Below are positions 21,638 to 34,707 of a DNA stretch of 64,000 nt, in pieces (position 1 is the first letter of the stretch; each line of letters starts with the position of its first letter). The notes below the pieces were generated by a model, which worked only from the letters and a program-made list of their open reading frames with translations, was not told the origin of the DNA and made no database searches. The position numbers and the translations under genes were made by a program. Source of the stretch: Eledone cirrhosa (taxonomy: Eukaryota); the NCBI GenBank assembly GCA_964016885.1, contig OZ024740.1, forward strand, positions 267,034,001 to 267,098,000, written 5' to 3'.

Positions 21638-21758
21638 AGATGATTGCTTCGATCAAATACTGTCATATCAAATACATTTACATTTGTTTTAATTTAGTGA
21701 AATTGAAACAAATATAAATGTGCTTGATGAGGCAATATTTAGTCGACAATTAATGTAG

Positions 21759-21831
21759 GGTTCCATGGTGTAGTGGTTATCACATCTGCTTAACACGTAG
21801 AAGGTCGTGAGTTCGAAACTCGCTGGAACCT
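21759..21831 (+). tRNA. tRNA-Val-AAC: tRNA-Val(AAC)
   Basis: Near consensus. Confidence 0.72.
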
Positions 21832-21922
21832 TAGTTTCGCAGTATTATTTTTCTTTTCTGAGTTGTGTTTTATTTGTCAGCATCTCACATATTTCCTTTA
21901 TCTATCTCTTCCATTAATTCTA

Positions 21923-22027
21923 ATCCCGCCGAGGTTGACTTTGCCTTTCTTCCTTACCGGGTGGATAAAATAAAGTACAGGTAATGCACTGGGCAAAATT
22001 GCTGGCCTTGTTCCTAAAGTAGAAACA
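21923..22027 (+). mobile_element. SINE fragment
   Basis: As 24-127. Confidence 0.7.
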
Positions 22028-22215
22028 ATTATTTCTATATCCAGTGTTGTTTACTTTTACAATGATGGAAAACTTTGGCCCTTCTTCCTTTTTTCAAATA
22101 CTTTAAAAACAAAAGGAAGCATCTTTAGATGTAAATGAAATATTATTGTTTTTTTAATTAAAATATAATATTAAGTGTGATTATACCGAATATTGAACTC
22201 CCGACAATTTGACTA

Positions 22216-22288
22216 AGGTTCCAGTGAGTCTCAAACTCATGACCTTCTGTGTGCTAAGCAGATGTGATATCCACTACACTATGGGAGC
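22216..22288 (-). pseudogene. Decayed Val-type tRNA (AGC)
   Basis: As 854-926. Confidence 0.7.
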
Positions 22289-23182
22289 AATTACGGTGCA
22301 GTTTATCGAATAATTTTCTTTTATAGATATCTTGTGAATTTGAATTCTTTTATCTTGACTAATATTTATATGTATAGTCTAGACTTAGAAAAGCTAGTAA
22401 CCAAAGGGTTGCATCCTAACAAATATTGCTTTTTTTTAACGACAAAGTATGATTTTTAAATTTGATTGTTATTTCTAGCAGTTCCAAAAACAGCGTAGAA
22501 CCTCTTTGGCTGGCTAATCTTTTTATATTTGGAAGTCTTTAAATACGGAAACTCTATAGATAATGAACACAACCACAAGTATAGCGTCCGAACGTGGAAG
22601 AGCTGAACTCTCACTGTCATCGCCTCCATCACTCTCGCTTTACCCATCTTTCTCTATGGAGAACAAATGGGGTCCAACGTGTTGGTTTCACCACAGCCCC
22701 GGCGGGCAGAATGGAGAAGGCGTTTTCCCGGAGGTTAGTAAGGAATATGCACTGGATGAGCCATTCTAACTCCGAGGCCCAAACCTGCGTCTAGCCAGCT
22801 CAGCGCCAATTGTGGTGCGTAGAGAAGTAGCCCTAGGGCCAAGTACACCAGAAGTCTCTACTGCAGAGGGCACGACCGCAAACCTGTCGTAGAAGAATCG
22901 GTACTTGCCTTGTCAAACACGTTTACGTTTCTCCCAATTTAGTGAATGTTGTACAAATTTAGAAGCTGTTGATTAACAATGTAAATACAACGTTATGAAT
23001 AGTTACTAATATTTAGCATCTAGGTCAAGTACTTTTGTCAAACCCAGGTCAGCACAATTCCAACATTGGTAAAATATACAGTACTGGATATAGTAATAGA
23101 CGGGAAGTTAGTCAGAAGAAATATTTGACATTCTATCAAACACAACACAATATGAAATCGAAGGAAAAAACGAAGCATATAA

Positions 23183-23254
23183 AGGTTCCAGCGAGTTCGA
23201 ACTCACGACCTTCTGCGTGTAAAGTAGATGTGATAACCACTACACCATGGAACC
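23183..23254 (-). tRNA. tRNA-Val-TAC: tRNA-Val(TAC), 1-nt T-loop deletion
   Basis: 72 nt; probably non-functional. Confidence 0.5.
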
Positions 23255-23375
23255 AGATAATTGCTTCGATCAAATATTGTCTTATCAAACACATTTTCAT
23301 AGGTTTTAATTTAGTGAAATTGAAACAAATATAAATGTGCTTGATGAGGCAATATTTGGTGAACAGTAAACGTAT

Positions 23376-23448
23376 GGTTCCATGGTGTAGTGGTTATCAC
23401 ATCCGCTTCACACGCGAAAGTTCGTGAGTTCGAAACTCGCTGGAACCT
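23376..23448 (+). tRNA. tRNA-Val-CAC: tRNA-Val(CAC), variant
   Basis: Anticodon-stem changes. Confidence 0.6.
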
Positions 23449-23537
23449 TACTTTCGCTCTATTAGTTTTTTTATCAGTTGTGTTTTATTTGTCAGCATCT
23501 CACATATTTCCTTTATCTATCTCTTCCATTATTTCTA

Positions 23538-23641
23538 ATCCCACGAGGATGACTTTGCCTTTCAACCTTACCGGGTCGATAAAATAAAGTACAGGTAATG
23601 CACTGGGTAAAATTGTTGGCCTTGAGCCTAAAGTAGAAACA
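23538..23641 (+). mobile_element. SINE fragment
   Basis: As 24-127. Confidence 0.7.
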
Positions 23642-23831
23642 ATTATTTCTATATCCAGTGTTGTTTACTTTTCCAATGATGGAAAACTTTAGCCATTCTT
23701 CCTTTTTTCAAATACTTTAAAAACAAAAGGAAGCATCTTTAGATGTAAATGAAATATTTTTTTTATTTTTAAATTAACATTTAATATTAAGTGTGATTAT
23801 ACCGAATATTGAACTCCCGACAATTTGACTA

Positions 23832-23904
23832 AGGTTTCAGTGAGTCTCAAACTCACGACCTTCTGTGTGTAAAGCAGATGTGATAACCACTACACCATGG
23901 AACC
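23832..23904 (-). tRNA. tRNA-Val-TAC: tRNA-Val(TAC), chimeric
   Basis: As 318-390. Confidence 0.5.
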
Positions 23905-24025
23905 AGATGATAGCTTCTATCAAATATTATATTATCAAACACACTTACATTTGTTTTAATTTAGTGAAATTGAAACAAATATAAATGTTCTTGATGAGGA
24001 AATATTTGGTCGACAATTAATGTAC

Positions 24026-24098
24026 GGTTCCATGGTGTAGTGGTTATCACATCTGCTTAACACATAGAAGGTCGTGAGTTCGAAACTCGCTGGAACCC
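24026..24098 (+). tRNA. tRNA-Val-AAC: tRNA-Val(AAC), variant
   Basis: Anticodon-stem mismatch. Confidence 0.6.
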
Positions 24099-24367
24099 TA
24101 GTTTCGCTCTATTATTTTTCTTTTCTCAGTTGTGTTTTATTTGTCAGCATCTCACATATTTCCACTATCTATCTCTTCCATTATTTCTATATCCAGTGTT
24201 GTTTACTTTTACAATGACGGAAAACTTTAGCCCTTCTTCCTTTTTTCAAATACATTAAAAATAAAAGGAAGCATCTTTAGATGTAAATGAAATATTATTG
24301 TTTTTTTAATTAAAATTTAATATTAAGTGTGATTATACCGAATATTGAACTCCCGACAATTTGACTA

Positions 24368-24440
24368 AGGTTCCAGTGAGTCTCAAACTCATGACCTTTT
24401 GTGTGCTAAGCAGACGTGATAGCCACTACACTATGGGAGC
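24368..24440 (-). pseudogene. Decayed Val-type tRNA (AGC)
   Basis: As 854-926. Confidence 0.7.
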
Positions 24441-25380
24441 AATTACGGTCCAGTTTATCGAATCATTTTCTTTTATAGATATCTTGTGAATTTGAATTTT
24501 TTTATCTTGACTAATATTTATATGTATAGTCTAGACTTAGAAAAGCTAGTAACCAAAGGGTTGCATCCTAACAAATATTGCCTCGCCATATATCAACGAC
24601 TATCTATACGTTAGCGAATTTCTTCAATTTTTTTTTAACGACAAAGTATAATTTTTAAATTTGATTGTTATTTCTAGCAGTTCCAAAAACAGCGTAGAAC
24701 CTCTTTGGCTGGCTAATCTTTTTATATTTGCAAGTGTTTAAATACGGAAACTCTATAGATAATGAGCACAACCACAAGGATATAGTCCCAACGTGGAAGA
24801 GCTGAACTCTCACTGTCATGGCCTCCATCACTCTCGCCCTCCCCATCTTTCTGTATGTTGAAAAAATGGGGTCCCACGTGTTGGTCTCCCCACAGCCCGG
24901 CGGACAGAATGGAGAAGGCGTTTTCCCGGAGGTTAGTAAGGAATATGCACTGGAAGAGCCATTCTAACTCCGAGGCCCAAACCTGCGGCTAGCAAGCTCA
25001 ACGCCAATTGGGGTGCGTAGGGAAGTAGCCCTAGGGCCAAGTACACCAGAAGTCTCTACTGCAGAGGGCACGAGTGGAAACCTGTCCTAGAGCGATCGGT
25101 ACTTGCCTTGTCAAACACGTTTACGTTTCTCCCAAATTAGTGAAAGTTGTACAAATTTAGAAGCTGTTGATTAACAATGTAAATACAACGTTATGAATGG
25201 TTACTAATATATAGCATATACGTCAAGTACTTTTGTCACAACCAGGTCAGCACAATTCCAACATTGGTAAGATATTCAGTACTGGATATAGTAATCGACG
25301 AGTAGTTAGTCAGAAGAAATATCTGAGATTCTATCAAACACAACACAATATGAAATAGAAGTAAAAAAAGAAGCATATAA

Positions 25381-25453
25381 AGGTTCCAGCGAGTTTCGAA
25401 CTCACGACCTTCTGCGTGTAAAGCAGATGTGATAACCACTACACCATGGAACC
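25381..25453 (-). tRNA. tRNA-Val-TAC: tRNA-Val(TAC)
   Basis: Consensus. Confidence 0.8.
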
Positions 25454-25574
25454 AGACGATAACTTCTATCAAATATTGTATTATCAAACACAATTACATT
25501 TGTTTTAATTTAGTGAAATTGAAACAAATATAAATGTGGTTGATGAGGCAATATTTCGTGAACAGTAAACGTAT

Positions 25575-25647
25575 GGTTCCATGGTGTAGTGGTTATCACA
25601 TCTGCTTAACACGTAGAAGGTCGTGAGTTCGAAACTCGCTGGAACCT
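25575..25647 (+). tRNA. tRNA-Val-AAC: tRNA-Val(AAC)
   Basis: Near consensus. Confidence 0.72.
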
Positions 25648-25916
25648 TAGTTTCGCTCTATTTTTTTTCTTTTCTCAGTTGTGTTTTATTTGTCAGCATC
25701 TCACATATTTCCACTATCTATCTCTTCCATTATTTCTATATCCAGTGTTGTTTACTTTTACAATGACGGAAAACTTTAGCCCTTCTTTCTTTTTTCAAAA
25801 ACTTTAAAAATAAAAAGAAGCATCTTTAGATGTAAATGAAATATTATTGTTTTTTTAATTAAAATTTAATATTAAGTGTGATTATACCGAATATTGAACT
25901 CCCGACAATTTGACTA

Positions 25917-25989
25917 AGGTTCCAGTGAGTCTCAAACTCATGACCGTTTGTGTGCTAAGCAGACGTGATAGCCACTACACTATGGGAGC
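25917..25989 (-). pseudogene. Decayed Val-type tRNA (AGC)
   Basis: As 854-926. Confidence 0.68.
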
Positions 25990-26911
25990 AATTACGGTCC
26001 AGTTTATCGAATAATTTTCTTTTATAGATATCTTGTGAATTTGAATTTTTTTATCTTGACTAATATTTATATGTATAGTCTAGACTTAGAAAAGCTAGTA
26101 ACCAAAGGGTTGCATCCTAACAAATATTTTGTCGCGATATATCAACGACTATCTATACTTTAGCGAATTTCTTCAATTTTTTTTTAACGACAAAATATGA
26201 TTTTCAAATTTGATTGTTATTTCTAGCAGTTCAAAAAACATCGTAGAACCTCTTTGGCTGGCTAATCTTTTTATATTTGGAAGAGTTTAAATACGGAAAC
26301 TCTATAGATAATGAACACAACCACAAGTATAGGGTCCGAATGTGGAAGAGCTTAACTCTCACTGTCATCGCCTCCATCACTCTCGCTTTCCCCATCTTTC
26401 TGTATGGTGAAAATTGGGGTCGCACGTGTTGGTCTCCCCACAGCCCCGGCGGACAGAATGGAGAAGGCGTTTTCCCGGAGGTTAGTAAGGAATATGCACT
26501 GGAAGAGCCATTCTAACTCCGAGGCACAAACCTGCGTCTAGCCAAATCAGCGCCAATGGTGGTGCGTAGGGAAGTAGCCCTAGGGCCAAGAACACCAGAA
26601 GTCTCTACTGCCGAGGGCACGACCGCAAACCTGTCGTAGAGCGATCGGTTCTTGGCCTGTCAAACACGTTTATGTTTCTCCCAATTTAGTGAAAGTTGTA
26701 TAAATTTAGAAGCTGTTGATTAACAATGTAAATACAACGTTATGAATGGTTACTAATATTTAGCATCTACGTCAAGTACTTTTGTCAAACCCAGGTCAGC
26801 ACAATTCCAACATTGGTAAAATATACAGTACTGGATATTGACGGGAAGTTAGTCAGAAGAAATATCTGAGATGCTATCAAACACAACACAATATGAATTA
26901 GAAGCAGATAA

Positions 26912-26984
26912 AGGTTTCAGCGAGTTTCGAACTCACGACCTTCTGCGTGTAAAGCAGATGTGATAACCACTACACCATGGAATC
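26912..26984 (-). tRNA. tRNA-Val-TAC: tRNA-Val(TAC), acceptor variant
   Basis: Two acceptor mismatches. Confidence 0.55.
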
Positions 26985-27105
26985 AGATGCTTGCCCGGAT
27001 CAAATATTGTATTATCAAACACATTTTCATTGGTTTTAATTTAGTGAAATTGAAACAAATATAAATATGGTTTATGAGGCATTATTTGGTGGATAGAAAG
27101 CGTAT

Positions 27106-27178
27106 GGTTCCATGGTGTAGTGGTTATCACATCTGCTTCACACGCAGAAGGTCGTGAGTTCGAAACTCGCTGGAACCT
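27106..27178 (+). tRNA. tRNA-Val-CAC: tRNA-Val(CAC)
   Basis: Consensus. Confidence 0.8.
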
Positions 27179-27262
27179 TACCTTCGCTTTTTTATTTCTC
27201 AGTTGTGTTTTATTTGTCAGCATCTCACATATTTCCTTTATCTATCTCTTCCATTATTTCTA

Positions 27263-27367
27263 ATCCCGCCGAGGTTGACTTTGCCTTTCATCCTTACCGG
27301 GTTGATAAAATAAAGTACCAGTAATGCACTGGGTAAAATTGCTGGCCTTGTGGCTAAAGTAGAAACA
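27263..27367 (+). mobile_element. SINE fragment
   Basis: As 24-127. Confidence 0.7.
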
Positions 27368-27544
27368 ATTATTTCTATATCCAGTGTGGTTTACTTTTCC
27401 AATGATGGAAAACTTTACCTCTTCTTCCTTTTTTCAAATACTTTAAAAACAAAAGATGTAAATGAAATATTTTTTTTATTTTTAAATTAAAATTTAATAT
27501 TAAGTGTGATTATACCGAATATTGAACTCCCGACAATTTGACTA

Positions 27545-27617
27545 AGGTTCCAGTGAGTCTCAAACTCATGACCTTCTGTGTGCTAAGCAGACGTGATAGC
27601 CACTACACTATGGGAGC
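27545..27617 (-). pseudogene. Decayed Val-type tRNA (AGC)
   Basis: As 854-926. Confidence 0.7.
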
Positions 27618-28445
27618 AATTACGGTCCAGTTTATCGAATAATTTTCTTTTATAGCCTCGCGATATATCAACGACTATCTATACGTTAGCGAATTTCTTC
27701 AACTTTTTTTTTAACGACAAAGTATGATTTTTTAATTTGATTGTTATTTCTAGCAGTTCCAAAAACAGCGTAGATCTTCTTTGGCTGGCTAATCTTTTTA
27801 TATTTGGAAGTGTTTATATACGGAAACTCTATAGATAATGAACACAACCACAAGGATATAGTCCCAACGTGGATGAGCTGAACTCTCACTGTCATCGCCG
27901 CCATCACTCTCGCTTTCCCCATCTTTCTGTATGGTGAAAAAATGGGGTCACTCGTGTTGTTCTACCCACAGCCCCGGCGGACAGAATGGAGTAGGCGTTT
28001 TCCCGGAGGTTAGTAAGGAAGATGCACTGGAAGAGCCATTCTAACTCCGAGGCCCAAATCTGCGTCTAGCCAGCTCAGCGCCAATTATGGTGCGTAGGGA
28101 AGTAGCCCTAGGGCCAAGTACACCAGTAGTCTCTACTGCCGAGGACACGACCGCAAACCTGTCGTAGAGGGATCGGTTCTTGCCCTGTCAAACACGTTTA
28201 CGTTTCTCCCAATTTAGTGAAAGTTGTATAAATTTAGAAGCTGTTGATTAACAAAGTAAATACAACGTTATTAATGGTTACTAATATTTAGCATCTACGT
28301 CAAGTACTTTTGTCAAACCCAGGTCAGCACAATTCCAATATTGGTAAAATATACAGTACTGGATATAGTAATCGACGGGAAGTTAGTCAGAAGAAATATC
28401 TGAGATTCTATCAAACACAACACAATATGAAATAGAAGCAGATAA

Positions 28446-28518
28446 AGGTTCCAGCGAGTTTCAAACTCACGACCTTCTGCGTGTAAAGCAGATGTGATAA
28501 CCACTACACCATGGAACA
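28446..28518 (-). tRNA. tRNA-Val-TAC: tRNA-Val(TAC), variant
   Basis: B-box and 5' end changes. Confidence 0.55.
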
Positions 28519-28639
28519 AGACGATTTCTTCGATCAAATATTGTATTATCAAACACATTTTCATTGGTTTTAATTTAGTGAAATTGAAACAGATATAAAT
28601 GTGGTTGATGAGGCAATATTTGGTGTACAGTAAACGTAT

Positions 28640-28712
28640 GGTTCCATGGTGTAGTGGTTATCACATCTGATTCACACGCAAAAGGCCGTGAGTTCGAAAC
28701 TCGCTGGAACCT
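28640..28712 (+). tRNA. tRNA-Val-CAC: tRNA-Val(CAC), variant
   Basis: Anticodon-stem changes. Confidence 0.58.
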
Positions 28713-28803
28713 TAGTTTCGCTATATTATTTTTTTTTCCTCAGTTGTGTTTTATATGTCAGCATCTCACATATTTCCTCTATCTATCTCTTCCATTATTT
28801 CTA

Positions 28804-28907
28804 ATCCCACGAGGATGACTTTGCCTTTCAACCTTACCGGGTCGATAAAATAAAGTACAGGTAATGCACTGGGTAAAATTGTTGGCCTTGAGCCTAAAGT
28901 AGAAACA
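28804..28907 (+). mobile_element. SINE fragment
   Basis: As 24-127. Confidence 0.7.
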
Positions 28908-29097
28908 ATTATTTCTATATCCAGTGTTGTTTACTTTTCCAATGATGGAAAACTTTAGCCATTCTTCCTTTTTTCAAATACTTTAAAAACAAAAGGAAGC
29001 ATCTTTAGATGTAAATGAAATATTTTTTTTATTTTTAAATTAAAATTTAATATTAAGTGTGATTATACCGAATATTGAACTCCCGACAATTTGACTA

Positions 29098-29170
29098 AGG
29101 TTCCAGTAAGTCTCAAACTCACGATCTTCTGCGTGTAAAGCAGATGTGATAACCACTACACCATGGAACC
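29098..29170 (-). tRNA. tRNA-Val-TAC: tRNA-Val(TAC), chimeric
   Basis: As 318-390. Confidence 0.5.
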
Positions 29171-29291
29171 AGATGATAGCTTCTATCAAATATTATATTA
29201 TCAAACACACTTACATTTGTTTTAATTTAGTGAAATTGAAACAAATATAAATGTTCTTGATGAGGAAATATTTGGTCGACAATTAATGTAC

Positions 29292-29364
29292 GGTTCCATG
29301 GTGTAGTGGTTATCACATCTGCTTAACACATAGAAGGTTGTGAGTTCGAAACTCGCTGGAACCT
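29292..29364 (+). tRNA. tRNA-Val-AAC: tRNA-Val(AAC), variant
   Basis: As 512-584. Confidence 0.6.
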
Positions 29365-29633
29365 TAGTTTCTCTCTATTATTTTTCTTTTCTCAGTTGTG
29401 TTTTATTTGTCAGCATCTCACATATTTCCACTATCTATCTCTTCCATTATTTCTATATCCAGTGTTGTTTACTTTTACAATGACGGAAAACTTTAGCCCT
29501 TCTTCCTTTTTTCAAATACATTAAAAATAAAAGGAAGCATCTTTAGATGTAAATGAAATATTATTGTTTTTTTAATTAAAATTTAATATTAAGTGTGATT
29601 ATACCGAATATTGAACTCCCGACAATTTGACTA

Positions 29634-29706
29634 AGGTTCCAGTGAGTCTCAAACTCATGACCTTTTGTGTGCTAAGCAGATGTGATAGCCACTACACTAT
29701 GGGAGC
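29634..29706 (-). pseudogene. Decayed Val-type tRNA (AGC)
   Basis: As 854-926. Confidence 0.7.
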
Positions 29707-30647
29707 AATTACTGTCCAGTTTATCGAATAATTTTCTTTTATAGATATCTTGTGAATTTGAATTTTTTTATCTTGACTATTATTTATATGTATAGTCTAG
29801 ACTTAGAAAAGCTAGTAACCAAAGGGTTGCATCCTAACAAATATTGCCTCGCCATATATCAACGACTATCTATACGTTAGCGAATTTCTTCAATTTTTTT
29901 TTAACGACAAAGTATGATTTTTAAATTTGATTGTTATTTCTAGCAGTTCCAAAAACAGCGTAGATCCTCTTTGGCTGGCTAATCTTTTCATATTTGGAAC
30001 TGTTTAAATACGGAAACTCTATAGATAATGAGCACAACCACAAAGATATAGTCCCAACGTAGAAGAGCTGAACTCTCACTGTCATGGCCTCCATCACTCT
30101 CGCCCTCCCCATCTTTCTGTATGGTGAAAAAATGGGGTCCCACGTGTTGGTCTCCCCACAACCCCGGCTGACAGAATGGAGAAGGCGTTTTCCCGGAGGT
30201 TAGTAAGGAATATGCACTGGAAGAGCCATTCTAACTCCGAGGCCCAAACCTGCGTCTAGCCAGCTCAACGCGAATTGTGGTGCGTAGGGAAGTAGCCCTA
30301 GGGCCAAGTAAACCAGAAATCTCTACTGCAGAGGGCACGACCGCAAACCTGTCGTAGAGCGATCGGTACTTGCCTTGTCAAACACGTTTACGTTTCTCCC
30401 AATTTAGTGAAAGTTGTACAAATTTAGAAGCTGTTGATTAACAATATAAATACAACGTTATGAATGGTTACTAATATTTAGCATCTACGTCAAGTACTTT
30501 TGTCAAACCCAGGTCAGCACAATTCCAACATTGGTAAAATATACAGTACTGGATATAGTAATCGACGGGAAGTTAGTCAGAAGAAATATCTGAGATGCTA
30601 TCAAACACAACTCAATATGAAATAGAAGGAAAAAAAGAATCATATAA

Positions 30648-30720
30648 AGGTTCCAGCGAGTTTCGAACTCACGACCTTCTGCGTGTAAAGCAGATGTGAT
30701 AACCACTACACCATGGAACC
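30648..30720 (-). tRNA. tRNA-Val-TAC: tRNA-Val(TAC)
   Basis: Consensus. Confidence 0.8.
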
Positions 30721-30841
30721 AGATGATTGCTTTGATCAAATATTGTATTATCAAACACATTTACATCTGTTTTAATTTAGTGAAATTGAAACAAATATAA
30801 ATGTGCTTGATGAGGCAATATTTGGTCGACAATCAATGTAC

Positions 30842-30914
30842 GGTTCCATGGTGTAGTGGTTATCACATCTGCTTAACACGCAGAAGGTCGTGCGTTCGAA
30901 ACTCGCTGGAACCT
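30842..30914 (+). tRNA. tRNA-Val-AAC: tRNA-Val(AAC), T-stem variant
   Basis: As 13444-13516. Confidence 0.68.
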
Positions 30915-31185
30915 TAGTTTCGCTATATTAATTTTTGTTCCTCAGTTGTATTTCATTCGTCAGCATCTCACATATTTCCTCTATCTATCTATTCCATTAT
31001 TTCTATATCCAGTGTTGTTTACTTTACCAATGATGGAAAACTTTAGCTCTTCTTCCTTTTATCAAATACTTTAAAAACAAAAGGAAGCATCTTTAGATGT
31101 ATACGAAATATTTTTTTTATTTTTAAATTAAAATTTAATATTAAGTGTGATTATACCGAATATTGAACTCCCGACAATTTGACTA

Positions 31186-31258
31186 AGGTTCCAGTGAGTC
31201 TCAAACTCATGACCTTCTGTGTGCTAATCAGACGTGATAGCCACTACACTATGGGAGC
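31186..31258 (-). pseudogene. Decayed Val-type tRNA (AGC)
   Basis: As 2394-2466. Confidence 0.7.
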
Positions 31259-32200
31259 AGTTACGGTCCAGTTTATCGAATAATTTTCTTTTTATAGATA
31301 TCTTGTGAACTTGAATTTTTTTATCTTGACTAATATTTATATGTATAGTCTAGACTTAGAAAAGCTAGTAACCAAAGGGTTGCATCCTAACAAATATTGC
31401 CTCGCGTTATATCAACGACTAGCTATACTTTAGCAAATTTCTTCAATTTTTTTTTAACGACAAAATATGATTTTTAAATTTGATTGTTATTTCTAGCAGT
31501 TCCAAAAACAGCGTAGAACCTTTTTGGCTGGCTAATCTTTTTATAATTGGAAGTGTTTAAATACGCAAACTCTATAGATAATGAACACAACCACAAGTAT
31601 AGGGTCCGAACGTGGAAGAGCTGAACTATCACTGTCATCGCCTCCATCACTCTCCTCCTCCCCATCTTTCTGTATGGTGAACAAATGGGGTCCCACGTGT
31701 TGGTCTCCCCACAGCCCCGGCGGACAGAATGGAGAAGGCGGTTTCCAGGAGGTTAGTAAGGAAGATACACTGGAAGAGCCATTCTAACTCCGAGGCTCAA
31801 ACCTGCGTCTAGCCAGCTCAGCGCCAATTGTGGTGCGTAGGGAAGTAGCCCTAGAGCCAAGTACACCAGAAGTCTTTAGTGCAGAGGGCACGACCGCAAA
31901 CCTGTCGTAGAGCGATCGGTACTTGCCTTGTCAAACATGTTTACGTTTCTCCCAATTTAGTGAAAGTTGTACAAATTTAGAAGCTGTTTATTAACAATGT
32001 AAATACAACGTTATTAATGGTTACTAATATTTAGCATCTACGTCAAGTACTTTTGTCAAACCCAGGTCAGCACAATTCCAACATTGGTAAAATATACAGT
32101 ACTGGATATAGTAATCGACGGGAAGTTAGTCAGAAGAAATATCTGAGATGCTATCAAACACAACTCAATATGAAATAGAAGGAAAAAAAGAATCATATAA

Positions 32201-32273
32201 AGGTTCCAGCGAGTTTCGAACTCACGACCTTCTGCGTGTAAAGCAGATGTGATAACCACTACACCATGGAACC
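32201..32273 (-). tRNA. tRNA-Val-TAC: tRNA-Val(TAC)
   Basis: Consensus. Confidence 0.8.
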
Positions 32274-32394
32274 AGATGATTGCTTTGATCAAATATTGTA
32301 TTATCAAACACATTTACATCTGTTTTAATTTAGTGAAATTGAAACAAATATAAATGTGCTTGATGAGGCAATATTTGGTCGACAATCAATGTAC

Positions 32395-32467
32395 GGTTCC
32401 ATGGTGTAGTGGTTATCACATCTGCTTAACACGCAGAAGGTCGTGCGTTCGAAACTCGCTGGAACCT
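32395..32467 (+). tRNA. tRNA-Val-AAC: tRNA-Val(AAC), T-stem variant
   Basis: As 13444-13516. Confidence 0.68.
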
Positions 32468-32738
32468 TAGTTTCGCTATATTAATTTTTGTTCCTCAGTT
32501 GTATTTCATTCGTCAGCATCTCACATATTTCCTCTATCTATCTATTCCATTATTTCTATATCCAGTGTTGTTTACTTTACCAATGATGGAAAACTTTAGC
32601 TCTTCTTCCTTTTATCAAATACTTTAAAAACAAAAGGAAGCATCTTTAGATGTATACGAAATATTTTTTTTATTTTTAAATTAAAATTTAATATTAAGTG
32701 TGATTATACCGAATATTGAACTCCCGACAATTTGACTA

Positions 32739-32811
32739 AGGTTCCAGTGAGTCTCAAACTCATGACCTTCTGTGTGCTAATCAGACGTGATAGCCACTAC
32801 ACTATGGGAGC
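32739..32811 (-). pseudogene. Decayed Val-type tRNA (AGC)
   Basis: As 2394-2466. Confidence 0.7.
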
Positions 32812-33752
32812 AGTTACGGTCCAGTTTATCGAATAATTTTCTTTTTATAGATATCTTGTGAACTTGAATTTTTTTATCTTGACTAATATTTATATGTATA
32901 GTCTAGACTTAGAAAAGCTAGTAACCAAAGGGTTGCATCCTAACAAATATTGCCTCGCGTTATATCAACGACTAGCTATACTTTAGCAAATTTCTTCAAT
33001 TTTTTTTTAACGACAAAATATGATTTTTAAATTTGATTGTTATTTCTAGCAGTTCCAAAAACAGCGTAGAACCTTTTTGGCTGGCTAATCTTTTTATAAT
33101 TGGAAGTGTTTAAATACGCAAACTCTATAGATAATGAACACAACCACAAGTATAGGGTCCGAACGTGGAAGAGCTGAACTATCACTGTCATCGCCTCCAT
33201 CACTCTCCTCCTCCCCATCTTTCTGTATGGTGAACAAATGGGGTCCCACGTGTTGGTCTCCCCACAGCCCCGGCGGACAGAATGGAGAAGGCGGTTTCCA
33301 GGAGGTTAGTAAGGAAGATACACTGGAAGAGCCATTCTAACTCCGAGGCTCAAACCTGCGTCTAGCCAGCTCAGCGCCAATTGTGGTGCGTAGGGAAGTA
33401 GCCCTAGAGCCAAGTACACCAGAAGTCTTTAGTGCAGAGGGCACGACCGCAAACCTGTCGTAGAGCGATCGGTACTTGCCTTGTCAAACATGTTTACGTT
33501 TCTCCCAATTTAGTGAAAGTTGTACAAATTTAGAAGCTGTTTATTAACAATGTAAATACAACGTTATTAATGGTTACTAATATTTAGCATCTACGTCAAG
33601 TACTTTTGTCAAACCCAGGTCAGCACAATTCCAGCATTGGTAAAATATACAGACTGGATATAGTAATTGACGGGAAGTTAGTCAGACGAAATATCTGAGA
33701 TTCTATCAAACACAACACAATATCAAATAGAAGGGAATAATGAAGCAGATAA

Positions 33753-33825
33753 AGGTTCCAGCGAGTTTCGAACTCACGACCTTCTGCGTGTAAAGCAGAT
33801 GTGATAACCACTACTCTATGGAACC
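33753..33825 (-). tRNA. tRNA-Val-TAC: tRNA-Val(TAC), D-stem variant
   Basis: One D-stem change. Confidence 0.65.
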
Positions 33826-33946
33826 AGATGATTGCTTCGATCAAATATTGTCTTATCAAACACATTTACATTTGATTTAATTTAGTGAAATTGAAACAAA
33901 TATAAATGTGCTTGATGAGGCAATATTTGGTGAACAGTAAACGTGT

Positions 33947-34019
33947 GGTTCCATGGTGTAGTGGTTATCACATCTGCTTCACACGCGGAAGGTCGTGAGT
34001 TCGAAACTCGCTGGAATCT
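33947..34019 (+). tRNA. tRNA-Val-CAC: tRNA-Val(CAC), variant
   Basis: Loop TTCACAC. Confidence 0.65.
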
Positions 34020-34109
34020 TACTTTCGCTCTATTATTTTTTTTTATCAGTTGTGTTTTATTTGTCAGCATCTCACATATTTCCTTTATCTATCTCTTCCA
34101 TTATTTCTA

Positions 34110-34213
34110 ATCCCGCGAGGATGACTTTGCCTTTCATCCTTACCGGGTCGATAAAATAAAGTACATGTAATGCACTGGGTAAAATTGCTGGCCTTGGGCC
34201 TAAAGTAGAAACA
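34110..34213 (+). mobile_element. SINE fragment
   Basis: As 3765-3868. Confidence 0.7.
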
Positions 34214-34391
34214 ATTGGTCTCCCCACAGCCTCGGCGGACAGAATGGAGAAGGCGTTTTCCCGGAGGTTAGTAAGGAATATGCACTGGAAGAGCCATTCT
34301 AACTCCGAGGCCCAAACCTGCGTCTAGCCAGCTCAGCGCCAATTGTGGTACGTAGGGAAGTAGCCCTAGGGCCAAGTACTCCAGAAGTCTC

Positions 34392-34694
34392 TGTTGTTAG
34401 AAAAAGCTATCTCACTTACCGCTTTTCACAGGCGCCGCTAAATTCCACTGCAGGTTACTCCTCTTCCACGTGCGTCCAACTGCTTAACACCGGGAGCTGC
34501 CCAAAACTCGCGTCCACACCGTGTTCTGGTCACCACTAGAGAGAGGCCCTCTGCTGGCCCTTCCGGTCGAGCATCCTTCCGGCCAAAAGACACTTCCGGT
34601 CGAGCGCTCCCCCGCCTCCGGCCACCGCACGCCACACACCTTCCGGTCGAGCACTCCCAAGCCTCCGGCCACCGAACGCCACTCCATACCCACA
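34392..34694 (-). repeat. 3' LTR of copy 2
   Basis: Matches 4047-4349. Confidence 0.92.
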
Positions 34695-34707
34695 CGCCCC
34701 TCTGATC